Part shown: in pieces, positions 1 to 9,994 of the stretch
How the letters are laid out: each line of letters opens with the position of its first letter
Position numbering within the stretch: the stretch's first letter is position 1
Source: a bacterium
GTDB taxonomy: Bacteria > UBA8248
DNA length: 64,000 nucleotides
Assembly (NCBI GenBank): GCA_965203325.1
Contig: OZ241875.1
Location: 640,001-704,000 of the forward strand
Direction of reading: 5' to 3'
Made by a program: the position numbers and the translations under genes
The notes under the pieces: generated by a model
What the model was told of the DNA's origin: nothing
Seen by the model: only the letters and a program-made list of their open reading frames with translations
Database searches by the model: none

Positions 1-1514
1 GCGGAGCGTGGATTAACGATCAGGAACTCGCCTGGACGCTCGTGAGCCGCGCCCCCGGCTGCGTGGAGCGGCTCGAAACCGTGTGCGGGTGCTTTTTCGA
101 CCGCAACGAGGACGGCACGATCCACCAGAAAGCCTTTGCGGGCCAGAGCTTCGACAGAACGGTGCACAAGGGCGACCTGACGGGCATCGAGATCACCAAC
201 CGCGTGGCCGAGCAACTCGTAAGACGCGGGGTGGACGTACTGGAAGAAACCAGAGCCGTGGCCCTCCTGCCCGCAAGAAGGGAGCCTGAGCGCGTCGCAG
301 GCGCGCTACTGCTCGACATCCAGAGCGGCGAATTCATCGCCGTGAACGCCAAATGCACGCTCCTCGCCACGGGCGGCGGCCCCACGCTCTATAAGATCTC
401 CGCCTGTGCGCAGGAACTCGCCACCGACGGCATGGCAATCGCCTGGGAGGCGGGCGCATCGTTCTGCGACATGGAGATGGTGCAGTTCCACCCCACGGGC
501 ATCCTCACGGGAGACGGACTCCAGATAACCGGCACGCTTCTGGAGGAAGGCCTGCGCGGCGCGGGCGGGCATCTGAAAAACGCGGCGGGCGACCGCTACA
601 TGGAGCGCTACGACGCCGAGCGCATGGAGCGCGCCACGCGCGACGTCGTCTCGCGCGCGGGCTACACCGAGATCATCGAAGGCCGGGGCACGGAGCGCGG
701 CGGCGTGTTCATCGACGTGAGCCATTTGGGAAAGTCTTTCGTGCGCAAGAACTTCAAGGGCATGGTCGAGCGCTGCGCCGATCTGGGCTACGACCTCGTC
801 GGCGGCCCCGTGGAGGTCACCCCCACCGCGCACTACATGATGGGCGGCGTGAAGATAGACACCGCCTGCCGCACGAATCTGCCGGGGCTTTACGCCGCGG
901 GCGAGGACGCGGGCGGCACGCACGGCGCGAATCGCCTGGGAGGAAACGGGGTGGCGAACGCCACGGTGTTCGGCGAGATCGCGGGCGAAGCCATGGCCGA
1001 TGAGGCGGCGGACTCTCCCCTCCTCCCTTATGACGCGGAAGCGCTCGCGGTTGCGGAGGAGAAAACGCTGGATGCGCTGGGCGAAGGCGAATCCCCCTAC
1101 CCTATCCGGTCAGAACTGAAAGAAATCATGTGGAACAAGGTGGGGCTGAGACGAAACGGCGCGGACATCCAGAGCGGGGTCCGGCTCCTGCACGATCTGA
1201 AGAGACGCGCGGCAGACGCCCGCGCGGAAGGCGGGCGCGCCTATAACCTCGCCTGGCAGCACGCGCTCGACGTGAGAAACCAGGTCCTGGTCGCGGAACT
1301 GATCGCTTTTTCGGCGCTCGAGCGCGACGAGAGCCGGGGCAGCCACTACCGTGACGATTGCCCCCACACAGGGGATGAGGACCTCTACAACGTCTATATC
1401 AAGAGGGAGGGCGATGCTGCGGTCATCGAGCGAAGGCCCGTCGCGTTTCCCCGCCTGCATCCGGCGGCGGAGCCGGCTGCGCAGCTGGAGCCCGATCCCA
1501 ATTTCATCGACTGA
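1..1514 (+). CDS. Succinate dehydrogenase/fumarate reductase family flavoprotein subunit (5' partial, runs off window)
   Basis: Motifs QFHPTG, EEGLRG, RDVVSRA, HYMMGG, HGANRLGGN, ESRGSHYR; frame is open to the window edge. Confidence 0.9.
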   Translation, partial: GAWINDQELAWTLVSRAPGCVERLETVCGCFFDRNEDGTIHQKAFAGQSFDRTVHKGDLTGIEITNRVAEQLVRRGVDVLEETRAVALLPARREPERVAGALLLDIQSGEFIAVNAKCTLLATGGGPTLYKISACAQELATDGMAIAWEAGASFCDMEMVQFHPTGILTGDGLQITGTLLEEGLRGAGGHLKNAAGDRYMERYDAERMERATRDVVSRAGYTEIIEGRGTERGGVFIDVSHLGKSFVRKNFKGMVERCADLGYDLVGGPVEVTPTAHYMMGGVKIDTACRTNLPGLYAAGEDAGGTHGANRLGGNGVANATVFGEIAGEAMADEAADSPLLPYDAEALAVAEEKTLDALGEGESPYPIRSELKEIMWNKVGLRRNGADIQSGVRLLHDLKRRAADARAEGGRAYNLAWQHALDVRNQVLVAELIAFSALERDESRGSHYRDDCPHTGDEDLYNVYIKREGDAAVIERRPVAFPRLHPAAEPAAQLEPDPNFID

Positions 1515-1539
1515 CATTTGAGCGGAGCGAAGATTAACG

Positions 1540-1890
1540 ATGACGAGCGTGAAAGACCCCGTGACCAACAAACCCCCCGTCTGGAAAATCAGCGCATGGC
1601 GCTCGATGTATCCGGGCATGTGGTCCTGGGTGCTGCAAAGGCTCTCCGCCCTCGCGCTCATCGTCCTGTTCCCGATTCACGTGATGAACCCCTACATCGA
1701 TTCGGTGCGGATCACGATGCTCCTGCTCGTCGTCTGGCACGCCATGCACGGGATAAAAGTGATCCTGACCGATTTCGGCTTTCCGGATCGCCACCAGCGG
1801 AAACTCTTCTGGGTGCTGTGCGTCTTGGGCGTGGCCGCGTTCTTCTGGCTGGCCTACATGCACACCGAATACTGGAGGTTCATGGCGTGA
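1540..1890 (+). CDS. Sdh/Frd membrane anchor subunit (SdhC/D-like, about 3 TM)
   Basis: Hydrophobic 116 aa with W-x-L-Q-R-L-S and H-x-x-H-G motifs, between the flavoprotein and FeS genes. Confidence 0.8.
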   Translation: MTSVKDPVTNKPPVWKISAWRSMYPGMWSWVLQRLSALALIVLFPIHVMNPYIDSVRITMLLLVVWHAMHGIKVILTDFGFPDRHQRKLFWVLCVLGVAAFFWLAYMHTEYWRFMA

Positions 1891-2756
1891 ACGAAGACGC
1901 CCGAGTGAGCGAAGACGCGCGGTTGAGCGAAGGAGCGCAGGGACAAGAAACGCAGGAAGAGCCGGCTCCGGAAAAAGAAGAGCCGGAAGAAAAGGCGGAA
2001 AAACGCCCCACTGTGCGCGTCAGAATCCGTCGGGGCGGCGCTGCGGACGACCCCGAAGAACGCTTCGACGAGTTCCAGGTCGAGATCGGCCCGCGCATGA
2101 CGGTGCTCGACGCCCTGGTCGCCGTTCAGAGCGCACAGGAGCCCGCGCTTTCGTTTCGCTACTCCTGCCGGGTGGGCATGTGCGGCACGTGCGCCTTGAA
2201 AGTCAACGGACGCCCCGCCTGGGCCTGCAGAACAAGGCTCGAAGGACTTGGCGATGAAATCACGCTCGAGCCGCTCACCAATTTCCCGGTGCTCCGCGAT
2301 CTGGCCGTCGACATGTCGCCATTCTTCGAAAAAATGAAACGCGCGCGCGGCTGGCTCGAACCCACGAGCGCGGCGGAGAAGACTCCTGCGCTCATCGCGC
2401 CGGGTTCGCGCGAGCGCAAGCGCATCGAGCCGCACATCGAGTGCATCACGTGCGGAATCTGCTATGCTTCTTGCTCTATTGTAGGGCATGATAGTGATTA
2501 CCTGGGGCCCGCGGCGCTGAACCGCGCCTACACGCTCGTGAACGACAGCCGTGACGCCTTAGGATTAGAGAGGCTTCAGGAGGTTTGTACCGAGGACGGC
2601 GCCTGGCGGTGCCACTCACAATACAACTGCACGGAGAGCTGCCCCAAGGGCATCAGCCCCACGGGCGCCATCAAGGGACTCAAGCGCCGCGCCGTAACCG
2701 GCGGCGTCAGACAATTCGCCGCATCCATCTTCCGGGGCCGCGCGCCCGGCGGATGA
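1887..2756 (+). CDS. Sdh/Frd iron-sulfur subunit with acidic N-terminal extension
   Basis: SCRVGMCGTC, CITCGICYASC and CHSQYNCTESCP motifs; GTG start overlaps the upstream TGA, GGAGG RBS. Confidence 0.9.
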   Translation: MNEDARVSEDARLSEGAQGQETQEEPAPEKEEPEEKAEKRPTVRVRIRRGGAADDPEERFDEFQVEIGPRMTVLDALVAVQSAQEPALSFRYSCRVGMCGTCALKVNGRPAWACRTRLEGLGDEITLEPLTNFPVLRDLAVDMSPFFEKMKRARGWLEPTSAAEKTPALIAPGSRERKRIEPHIECITCGICYASCSIVGHDSDYLGPAALNRAYTLVNDSRDALGLERLQEVCTEDGAWRCHSQYNCTESCPKGISPTGAIKGLKRRAVTGGVRQFAASIFRGRAPGG

Positions 2757-2775
2757 GAGCGGGGAGGATACCGAC

Positions 2776-3726
2776 ATGCCGACCGTCGAAACGCACGCCA
2801 TCAGCAGCGAACTCATCAGAGAGGTTGCCTTCGAGCTCAACCGCCGCGCCGCCATCGGCATCCCCAAGGACGTGGGCGATTCCATCGCCGACATGGCCGA
2901 GCGCGAGACCCAGAAGCTCTCGAAGTTCGTCCTGCTCGAAATCGTCAACAACTACAAGGTCGCCGTGGACGAGCAGCGCCCGATGTGCGCCGACACGGGC
3001 CTTCCGCGCTTCTACGCGAAGATCGGGAACGACGCGGCCATAGAGGGCGGCTTCGTGGCGCTGGAGCGCTCGGTCCGCCAGGGAACGGCGGACGCCACCG
3101 AGCGCGTGCCCCTGCGCCCGAACCGCGTGCACCCCATCACCCGGCACGACTACAACAACAACGTCGGCATCCACGCCCCCACGGTGGACTACTCCTGGGA
3201 ACCGGACGTCGACTGGATAGAGCTCACGAGCTTCCACAAGGGAGGCCTGTTCGGCGGTGACTACCGGATGCTCTTCCCCACCGACGGCATCGACGGCATC
3301 AAGCGCTTCTTTCTCGACGTGATCAGCGAGTTCTTCAAGCGCGGCCTCTCGTGCCAGCCCGCCATCGTGGGAATCGGCATCGGCGGAACGAAAGACACCT
3401 GCGTGCGCCTCGCCAAGGAGGCGGCCTGCCTCCGCGTGGTGGGGGACAGGAACCCGGACCCCCAGATCGCGAAACTCGAAGAAGACCTGAACGATCTGGG
3501 CCGGAGAACGAGCCTCGGCCCCATGGGCTTCAAGGGCGAGGGCGCGGTGATGGACACCCACATCGAGGTGGCCTACACCCACACCGGCGGGATGCCCATC
3601 TCGATCCACCACCAGTGCTTCGCGCTCAGGCGCGCCACCGCACGCATCCACCCCGACGGCCAGGTGGAATACCGCGAAAACCCCCTCTGGTTCACCGACT
3701 ACTACCGCCGCGACGGCGTCGCATAA
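2776..3726 (+). CDS. Fe-S hydro-lyase alpha subunit (fumarate hydratase/L-tartrate dehydratase family)
   Basis: RPMCADTG, SCQPAIVGIGIGG, LGPMGFKG, HQCFALRR. Confidence 0.88.
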   Translation: MPTVETHAISSELIREVAFELNRRAAIGIPKDVGDSIADMAERETQKLSKFVLLEIVNNYKVAVDEQRPMCADTGLPRFYAKIGNDAAIEGGFVALERSVRQGTADATERVPLRPNRVHPITRHDYNNNVGIHAPTVDYSWEPDVDWIELTSFHKGGLFGGDYRMLFPTDGIDGIKRFFLDVISEFFKRGLSCQPAIVGIGIGGTKDTCVRLAKEAACLRVVGDRNPDPQIAKLEEDLNDLGRRTSLGPMGFKGEGAVMDTHIEVAYTHTGGMPISIHHQCFALRRATARIHPDGQVEYRENPLWFTDYYRRDGVA

Positions 3727-3748
3727 GCGGCTTGGGAGACTTTTGGAT

Positions 3749-4432
3749 ATGAGCGGCACCGCAGATCTGGAAATGAAGGAACACCACCTGACCACGCCCG
3801 CCACGCCCGAGGACCTGGCGAAACTGGAACTCGGCGACATCGTATATTTCGACGGCCTGGTCTTCACGGGCAGGATCGGCCTCTACAAGAAACTGTTCGA
3901 TGAAAAAGCGCCCCCGCCGGTGGACATCGCCTCGCTCACGAACGTGACGTTCCACTGCTCGCCCGCCGTGGGTCAGAACGATTCGGGCGAGTGGGAGGTG
4001 GCCGCCGTCACGGCCACGGCGAGCTTTCGATTCGAGAAGCACCTGCCCCTCCTGCTGGACGGGCACGGGGTGCGCTGCGTCATCGGCAAGGGCGGCATGG
4101 CGCAGGAATTTTATGAGAAACACTTCAAGCGGCTGGGCGCGGTGTTCCTGAACACGGTGGGCTACGGCATCGGCGCGCAGTACGGGCGCGGCATCACGGG
4201 CGTCAAGGACGTCTACTGGCTCGACGAACTCGGCATCGCTCAGGCGATGTGGGTGTTCGAGGTGAAGAACTTCGGGCCCTTTCTCGTGGAATGCGACGCC
4301 CGCGGCAACAGCCTCTACCAGATGGCGCTCGCCGAGACGAACGTGGAACTGGGCAAGCTCTACGAGGGACTGCCCCTTCCAACGCTCAAGCGCATGGGCG
4401 AGGTGCACAACCCCGAAGACGAGGTTTTCTAG
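3749..4432 (+). CDS. Fe-S hydro-lyase beta subunit (FumB/TtdB C-terminal family)
   Basis: HCSPAV, TATASFRF, IGKGGM, LGIAQAMW..V.NFGP. Confidence 0.88.
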   Translation: MSGTADLEMKEHHLTTPATPEDLAKLELGDIVYFDGLVFTGRIGLYKKLFDEKAPPPVDIASLTNVTFHCSPAVGQNDSGEWEVAAVTATASFRFEKHLPLLLDGHGVRCVIGKGGMAQEFYEKHFKRLGAVFLNTVGYGIGAQYGRGITGVKDVYWLDELGIAQAMWVFEVKNFGPFLVECDARGNSLYQMALAETNVELGKLYEGLPLPTLKRMGEVHNPEDEVF

Positions 4433-4472
4433 CAAAACCCCCGGAAATTCGAACCGAACCGCCGACGAGAGG

Positions 4473-5486
4473 ATGAAAATGTCGAAAGGAATCGCCTGGG
4501 TCACCACGAGCTGGCTGAGCGGCCTCGAAGACCCGATGCGCCACTTCAAACGGCTCGAAACCGAGGCGGGTCTTGAAGTCAGAATCGAATCGAACGGCGT
4601 GGACAAGACAGAAGAAGAGCTCATCGCCTCGCTTCCCGGCGTGGTCGTCACCTTCCCGAGCAACGACCCCTACAACGAGCGCACCCTGTCGGCGGGTACG
4701 CATCTCAAGCACATCGCCAGGACGGGGGTGGGCTTCAACTCCGTCGACCTCGACGCCGCCACGCGCCGCGGGGTGGTCGTCACCAACGCGCCGGGACAGA
4801 ACTCCGATTCCGTGGCCGAGCACGCGGTCGGCCTCATGCTGTGCATCGCGCGGAATATCGCCTTATCCGATAAAAAAATGCGCGCGGGCGAATGGGCGGA
4901 CTTAAGAGTCCCCATATCGCCGCTCCGGGACAAGACGCTGGGGGTCATCGGGCTCGGCAACATCGGCAAGCGCGTGGCGAGGCGCGCCGCCGCCTTCGGC
5001 ATGGAGGTCATCGCCCATGACATCGTGCGCGACGAGCGCTTCGCAGCCGAGGTCGGCGTATTCTTCGAGACGCGCGAGGAGGTGACGCGCCGGGCCGATT
5101 TCATCACCTGCCACGTGCCCCTGAACGACGGAACACGCGGCATGGTGGACGAGAAATTCCTAGCCTCCATGAAGCCGGGCGCCTATCTCATCAACACCTC
5201 GCGCGGCCCCGTGGTGGATCTCGACGCCGCGGCCACGGCCCTGGAGCGCGGGATCATCCAGGGCGCTGCGCTCGACGTTTTCCCGAACGAGCCGGCCGAT
5301 CACCGCCACCGCATCTTCTCGCTCGACAACGTCGTCCTCACCCCGCACATCGCGGGTCTGGGCGAGGATGCGTGCGAGCAGTCGCTCGAGTTCGCCGTCG
5401 ATGCCGCACTCGACGTTATCGCCGGTAAACGCCCTGCCGGCCTTCTGAACCCCGAGGTGCTGGAAAAAGCGGGCATCAAGGACTAG
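4473..5486 (+). CDS. D-isomer-specific 2-hydroxyacid dehydrogenase (SerA-like)
   Basis: RTGVGFNSVD, GLGNIGKRVA, INTSRG, DVFPNEP, TPHIAG. Confidence 0.9.
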   Translation: MKMSKGIAWVTTSWLSGLEDPMRHFKRLETEAGLEVRIESNGVDKTEEELIASLPGVVVTFPSNDPYNERTLSAGTHLKHIARTGVGFNSVDLDAATRRGVVVTNAPGQNSDSVAEHAVGLMLCIARNIALSDKKMRAGEWADLRVPISPLRDKTLGVIGLGNIGKRVARRAAAFGMEVIAHDIVRDERFAAEVGVFFETREEVTRRADFITCHVPLNDGTRGMVDEKFLASMKPGAYLINTSRGPVVDLDAAATALERGIIQGAALDVFPNEPADHRHRIFSLDNVVLTPHIAGLGEDACEQSLEFAVDAALDVIAGKRPAGLLNPEVLEKAGIKD

Positions 5487-5560
5487 AGTAGGTCGTCGCC
5501 TTATCGCCGGGCCTCACCCCCGGATCGTTCATCACAAGCCGCCGCCACGAGGATGGATTC

Positions 5561-6958
5561 ATGCGGAAAACATACAGACTGCGCGCACTCATGGCCGTCG
5601 CCTGCCTCCTCCTTCTATTGGCCGCGCCGCCCCCCGGAGCACGAGCCAAAACCGGGGCGCCCCTGCGGGTTCCCTGGAAGGTGACCGAGCACAGGATGAA
5701 GAACGGGATGCGCGCCCTGCTCCTGCCCGACCACAGCGCGCCCATGGTGGTCATGAAGGTCTGGTACGCCGTCGGCAGCCGCGACGAGCAGCCCGGCCTC
5801 ACGGGCATCGCTCACTATCTCGAGCACATGATGTTTCGCGGCACCAAGAAATACGGCCCCAGGAAATTCAGCGAGATCATCAAGAAAAACGGCGGCTCGC
5901 ACAACGCGTTCACAGGCTTCGACTACACCGCGTACTACGAGCGCATCGCCTCGGACAGGCTCGAACTGATTATCGAACTCGAGGCCGACCGCATGGTGAA
6001 CATGGTGCTCGAAAAGACGGCCTTCGACGCGGAGAAGAACGTGGTGCACGAGGAAAGACGCACCCGATATGACAGGCCGGTGGGCAAGTTCTGGGAACAA
6101 TTCCAGGCCGTCGCCTACACGAACCATCCCTACAAGAACCCGATCATCGGCTGGCCCGAAGATATAGACGCCATCACCATCAAGGACATGGAAGCATTCT
6201 ACAGGCGCTACTACAGCCCCGAGAACGCCGTCGCCGTCCTGGTGGGCGATTTCAAGGTAGAAGAGGCCATCGCGCTTCTCGAAAAACACTTCGGGAGAAT
6301 CCCCAAATCCCCCACCTTCCGGAAAAGGCCCGCGCTCGCCGAGTTCCCCCAGAAGTCGGAGCGCAGGGTGTACGTTCGCGCGGACGCCCAGCTCCCCTAC
6401 GTTGCTATCGGCTATCACGCGCCCAACTGGAAGAGCGAGGACGCGCCCGCTCTCGTGATGCTCGAGGCCATCCTGGGCGGCGGAGAGACCTCGCGCCTCC
6501 ACCAGAGGCTCGTGCGCAAGGACACGCTCGCGCTCGGCGCGGGTTCTGATTACACCTACATCTCGGTGGACCCGATGATCTTCTATCTCTACGCGCGGGT
6601 GGCGCCCGGCAAAAAGGCTGCCGATGCGGAGAAAGCCCTGCTCGAGGAGGTGGAAAAACTCATCGAAAAAGGCGTTACGGACGAAGAGTTCCGCCGCGCG
6701 CTCAGGAACATCGAGGCGAACACGGTTTTCGCCATGGACTCGCACTACTACCGGGCGAGGCTCCTCGGCTCGGCGGCGGTCGCGGGCGACTGGCGGCTGC
6801 TCGAAGGCTACCTGCCCACCCTCAGGAAGGTGACGCCCGCCGACGTGGTCCGCGTCGCCAGGAAATACCTGCGCCACAAGAACAAGACCACCGCCGAACT
6901 CATACCGACAAAGAAAAGCCGCCGCGCGAACACCGCCAAAAGCCGGGGAGGACGCTAG
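5561..6958 (+). CDS. M16 family zinc metallopeptidase, catalytic subunit, with signal peptide
   Basis: Inverted zinc motif HYLEH, downstream EERR. Confidence 0.92.
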   Translation: MRKTYRLRALMAVACLLLLLAAPPPGARAKTGAPLRVPWKVTEHRMKNGMRALLLPDHSAPMVVMKVWYAVGSRDEQPGLTGIAHYLEHMMFRGTKKYGPRKFSEIIKKNGGSHNAFTGFDYTAYYERIASDRLELIIELEADRMVNMVLEKTAFDAEKNVVHEERRTRYDRPVGKFWEQFQAVAYTNHPYKNPIIGWPEDIDAITIKDMEAFYRRYYSPENAVAVLVGDFKVEEAIALLEKHFGRIPKSPTFRKRPALAEFPQKSERRVYVRADAQLPYVAIGYHAPNWKSEDAPALVMLEAILGGGETSRLHQRLVRKDTLALGAGSDYTYISVDPMIFYLYARVAPGKKAADAEKALLEEVEKLIEKGVTDEEFRRALRNIEANTVFAMDSHYYRARLLGSAAVAGDWRLLEGYLPTLRKVTPADVVRVARKYLRHKNKTTAELIPTKKSRRANTAKSRGGR

Positions 6959-6959
6959 C

Positions 6960-8288
6960 ATGAGGCCCCACCGCATTCTCTGGACACTGGCCGCTGCATT
7001 CCTTCTGCCCGCCCTGGCATGGGCGGACGTCATCACCTACGAGCGCGAAGAACTGCCGGGCGGCGGCGTATTGCTCGTCAAGCAAAGCAGGCAACTGCCC
7101 ATGGTGCGCATCGCCGTCTCGATTCCAGCGGGCGCGCGCCACGAGGCGCCCGAACAGGCGGGACTCGCGAACCTGACCGCCGCCCTGCTCACCCGGGGAA
7201 CGAAAACGAGAAGCGCTTCGGAGGTCGAGAAGCTGAACGATGCCTTGGGCGGCGGCGTGGGCTTGGAGGCAGGCCGCGCGCGCGCAGAAGCCTCCATGCG
7301 CGTGCTCACGCGGGATCTGGAAGAAGGCCTCTCCCTGCTGGGCGACGTGCTCAGAAACCCCGTCTTCCCGGCGGAGGAGATCGAGAAGACGAAAAGGCGC
7401 ATCGTGGGCGGCCTGCGCAGGCAGCGCGAGCGTCCCGGCCATCTTGCGAACAAGGCGCTCCGGAAGAGTCTTTTCGGCGAAACACCCTACGGCCGCCTGG
7501 TCGAGGGGGCGGAGGCGTCGATCAAGAAACTCGGCAGAGAAGACCTCGTCCGCTTCCACAAACAATGGTACGGCATGAAGGGAACGATCTTCGTCTTCGT
7601 GGGCGACGTATCGCTCAAGCGCGCCCGAGAACTCGTTCTGGCCCGCTTCCAGGGCTGGCGGGCGGAGGGAGGTGAAATTCCCGAATCGACGCCCCCTGTG
7701 ATTCCGAAAAAGATGCAGGTGGTCAAGATCGACCGCCCCCTCTCCCAGGCCACGGTGATTCTTGGCAACCGCTCGCTCAAGCGCACGCATCCGGATTTTT
7801 ACGCCGCGCGCGTGATGAACTACATCCTGGGCGGCGGCGGGTTTTCCAGCAGGATCATGGACAACCTGAGAGAGGACAAGGGCCTCGTCTATAGTGTCTA
7901 CAGCTATTTCGCCGCAGGCCGCTTTGCCGGCCACTGGCGGCTCATGCTCCAGACGAAGAACAAGACGGCGAACGAGGCCATCCGGGAAGCGATCGGGGAG
8001 GTGGAGCGCATCCAGGAAAAAGGGGTGAGCGAGGAGGAACTTCAAGACGCCAAGGATTTCATCACCGGGAACTTCGCCACGCGCTTCGGCTCGTCGGGCC
8101 GCATCGCAAACTACATCCTCGCGGTGGAGCTTCTGGGCTTCTCGCCGGGATATGCGGATGAATACCTGAAAAAAATCCGCGCCGTCACGAAAGAACAAAT
8201 TCTCGCGGCGGCGAGGAAACACATCCGGCTCGACCAATCCACCCTCGCCGTGGTGGGAAATCTGAGCGAGGCGAAACTCGCCTTTTGA
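6960..8288 (+). CDS. M16 family peptidase, non-catalytic partner subunit
   Basis: M16 fold without HxxEH; LGGGGFSSRI..LREDKGLVY (R/Y pair). Confidence 0.9.
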   Translation: MRPHRILWTLAAAFLLPALAWADVITYEREELPGGGVLLVKQSRQLPMVRIAVSIPAGARHEAPEQAGLANLTAALLTRGTKTRSASEVEKLNDALGGGVGLEAGRARAEASMRVLTRDLEEGLSLLGDVLRNPVFPAEEIEKTKRRIVGGLRRQRERPGHLANKALRKSLFGETPYGRLVEGAEASIKKLGREDLVRFHKQWYGMKGTIFVFVGDVSLKRARELVLARFQGWRAEGGEIPESTPPVIPKKMQVVKIDRPLSQATVILGNRSLKRTHPDFYAARVMNYILGGGGFSSRIMDNLREDKGLVYSVYSYFAAGRFAGHWRLMLQTKNKTANEAIREAIGEVERIQEKGVSEEELQDAKDFITGNFATRFGSSGRIANYILAVELLGFSPGYADEYLKKIRAVTKEQILAAARKHIRLDQSTLAVVGNLSEAKLAF

Positions 8289-8317
8289 GGCGCGCGAGCG
8301 TTCGAGGAGGAAAGAAG

Positions 8318-8713
8318 GTGAAGCGCGAAACGGTAACGCCCGATTCGCTGGCCGCACCGGCCGGTCATTTCTCGCACGGGGTCATCGCCGAGGGCGAGCG
8401 CACGCTCTACGTGGCGGGCCAGACGCCGCTCGATGAGGACGGCAACATCGTCTGCCCGGGCGACCCGGAGGGACAGGCGCGCCAGTGCTACCGGAACATC
8501 CAGAGGGTGGTCGAGGCGGCGGGCGGGCGCATGGCGGATACGGCCAAGATCCAAGTGTTCGTGACGAGTCTCGACTACAGGGCCGCCGTCGGCAAGGTAC
8601 GGGCCGAGTTCTTTCCCGATAATCCGCCGGTGAGCACGTTTCTGGTGATCTCCAGTCTGGCCGAGCCCGATTTTCTGGTCGAGGTCGAGGCGATCGTCCC
8701 CCTGCCCGGATAA
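8318..8713 (+). CDS. RidA/YjgF family protein
   Basis: YVAGQ, Q...NI, P.ST, LVEVEAI; GTG start after GAGGAGG. Confidence 0.88.
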   Translation: MKRETVTPDSLAAPAGHFSHGVIAEGERTLYVAGQTPLDEDGNIVCPGDPEGQARQCYRNIQRVVEAAGGRMADTAKIQVFVTSLDYRAAVGKVRAEFFPDNPPVSTFLVISSLAEPDFLVEVEAIVPLPG

Positions 8714-8725
8714 GGGAACGAGGCG

Positions 8726-9118
8726 GTGAGCGGAAAAACCACCCTGCGCTGGGCGTTCGCGCTCGCCTATATGGCGGGGATTCACGTCTGGACGGCGACG
8801 GGCGGGCGGAATCCCTCCTCGCCCATGCCGTTCGGGGTGGACAAAATCGTGCACCTCTGCGAGTTTGGAATCCTCGCCTGGCTGCTCTGGCGGCCCTGGC
8901 GGGAAACGCTCCCCCGCTGGGCCGAGGGGAAGACCGCCGCTTTCGTCTTGATCCTCACCGTCCTGAACGGCCTGGGCGACGAGTTGCACCAGCTGTTTCT
9001 GCCCCACCGGAACGCGACGTGGGGAGACCTGGCGGCGGACGCCGCGGGCGGCGGGGTTGCCGTTTTGTGGTGTATTCACCGGGAGAAGACAAGGCCCCGC
9101 AAGACGACGCAGGGATAG
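8726..9118 (+). CDS. VanZ family membrane protein
   Basis: DKIVHLCEFG...DELHQLFLPHR...DL.AD. Confidence 0.88.
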   Translation: MSGKTTLRWAFALAYMAGIHVWTATGGRNPSSPMPFGVDKIVHLCEFGILAWLLWRPWRETLPRWAEGKTAAFVLILTVLNGLGDELHQLFLPHRNATWGDLAADAAGGGVAVLWCIHREKTRPRKTTQG

Positions 9119-9129
9119 GAGAATACACG

Positions 9130-9579
9130 TTGTCCAGTATCCGGGATGCCCTCACCGAAGACATGAAGGCCGCCATGCGCGCCAGGGAGGCGCTCAGGCT
9201 CTCGACCATCCGCATGGTGCGCGCCGAGATTTTGAACAAGGACAAGGAAGGCGGTGAAGAAACATCGCAAAAAGATATTCTCAAACTGCTCCAAAGTATG
9301 GTAAAGAAACGAGAGGAAGCCGCCGAGCAGTACGCAGCCGCCGGCCGCGAGGATATGGCCCAGAAGGAACGCGATGAGATCCGGATCATCGAGGGCTATC
9401 TCCCCGCGCAGATGGAGGATGCGGAAATCGAATCCGCCGCCCAAGCGGTCATCGAGGAAACCGGGGCCTCCTCGATGAAAGACATGGGCAAGGTAATGGG
9501 AATTTTGTCACGAGAACTGGCCGGGCGCGCTACGGGCGCCCGGATTTCCCAGGCGGTCCGGAAACTCCTGGGCACTTAG
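9130..9579 (+). CDS. GatB/YqeY domain protein
   Basis: DMKAAMRA, KKREEAAEQY, YLP.Q, MKDMGKVMG; TTG start after AGGAG. Confidence 0.92.
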   Translation: MSSIRDALTEDMKAAMRAREALRLSTIRMVRAEILNKDKEGGEETSQKDILKLLQSMVKKREEAAEQYAAAGREDMAQKERDEIRIIEGYLPAQMEDAEIESAAQAVIEETGASSMKDMGKVMGILSRELAGRATGARISQAVRKLLGT

Positions 9580-9598
9580 GGAAGAAGGAGGTCTCCAA

Positions 9599-9994
9599 AT
9601 GAAGAAGCCGGCCTACCGCTTAGAAGACGTCGCCACAGCGTACCAATGCGAACCCGAGCAGGAGGAGATCATCTCCGCTCTGGCCGAGCGCGACTACCGT
9701 GTATTCGAAGTCGAGCAGCCCGCGGGAGCCTTCGTGCCCTACCACACGCACGATGAAGAAGAAGCCGTGATCGTCATCGAGGGACAGATGCAGTTCAACG
9801 TAGAAGAAGAACTCGTCCTCGTCCAACAGGGCGAGGTGATCACCATCCGGGAAGAAGCCATCCACAGCGCAGCCCAGATTGGAGAGGAGAAGGCCAGACT
9901 CCTGCTCGCCTTCCCGAACGACGGCGACGATCCGCCGGTCATCGACCTAGACTGGGAGGGCGATGAGGAGGACGACAACCTCGGCTACGCCTGA
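9599..9994 (+). CDS. Cupin domain protein with acidic tail
   Basis: HTHDEEE...G...IH cupin motifs. Confidence 0.8.
   Translation: MKKPAYRLEDVATAYQCEPEQEEIISALAERDYRVFEVEQPAGAFVPYHTHDEEEAVIVIEGQMQFNVEEELVLVQQGEVITIREEAIHSAAQIGEEKARLLLAFPNDGDDPPVIDLDWEGDEEDDNLGYA

Noticed and set aside
1518..1886. 412-aa long form of the Fe-S subunit
   Set aside because: Overlaps the membrane-anchor gene; the RBS supports a start at 1887
5615..8357. Long antisense ORFs (also 2707..3867, 21347..22666, 37709..38809)
   Set aside because: Shadow frames of well-supported genes in GC-rich DNA
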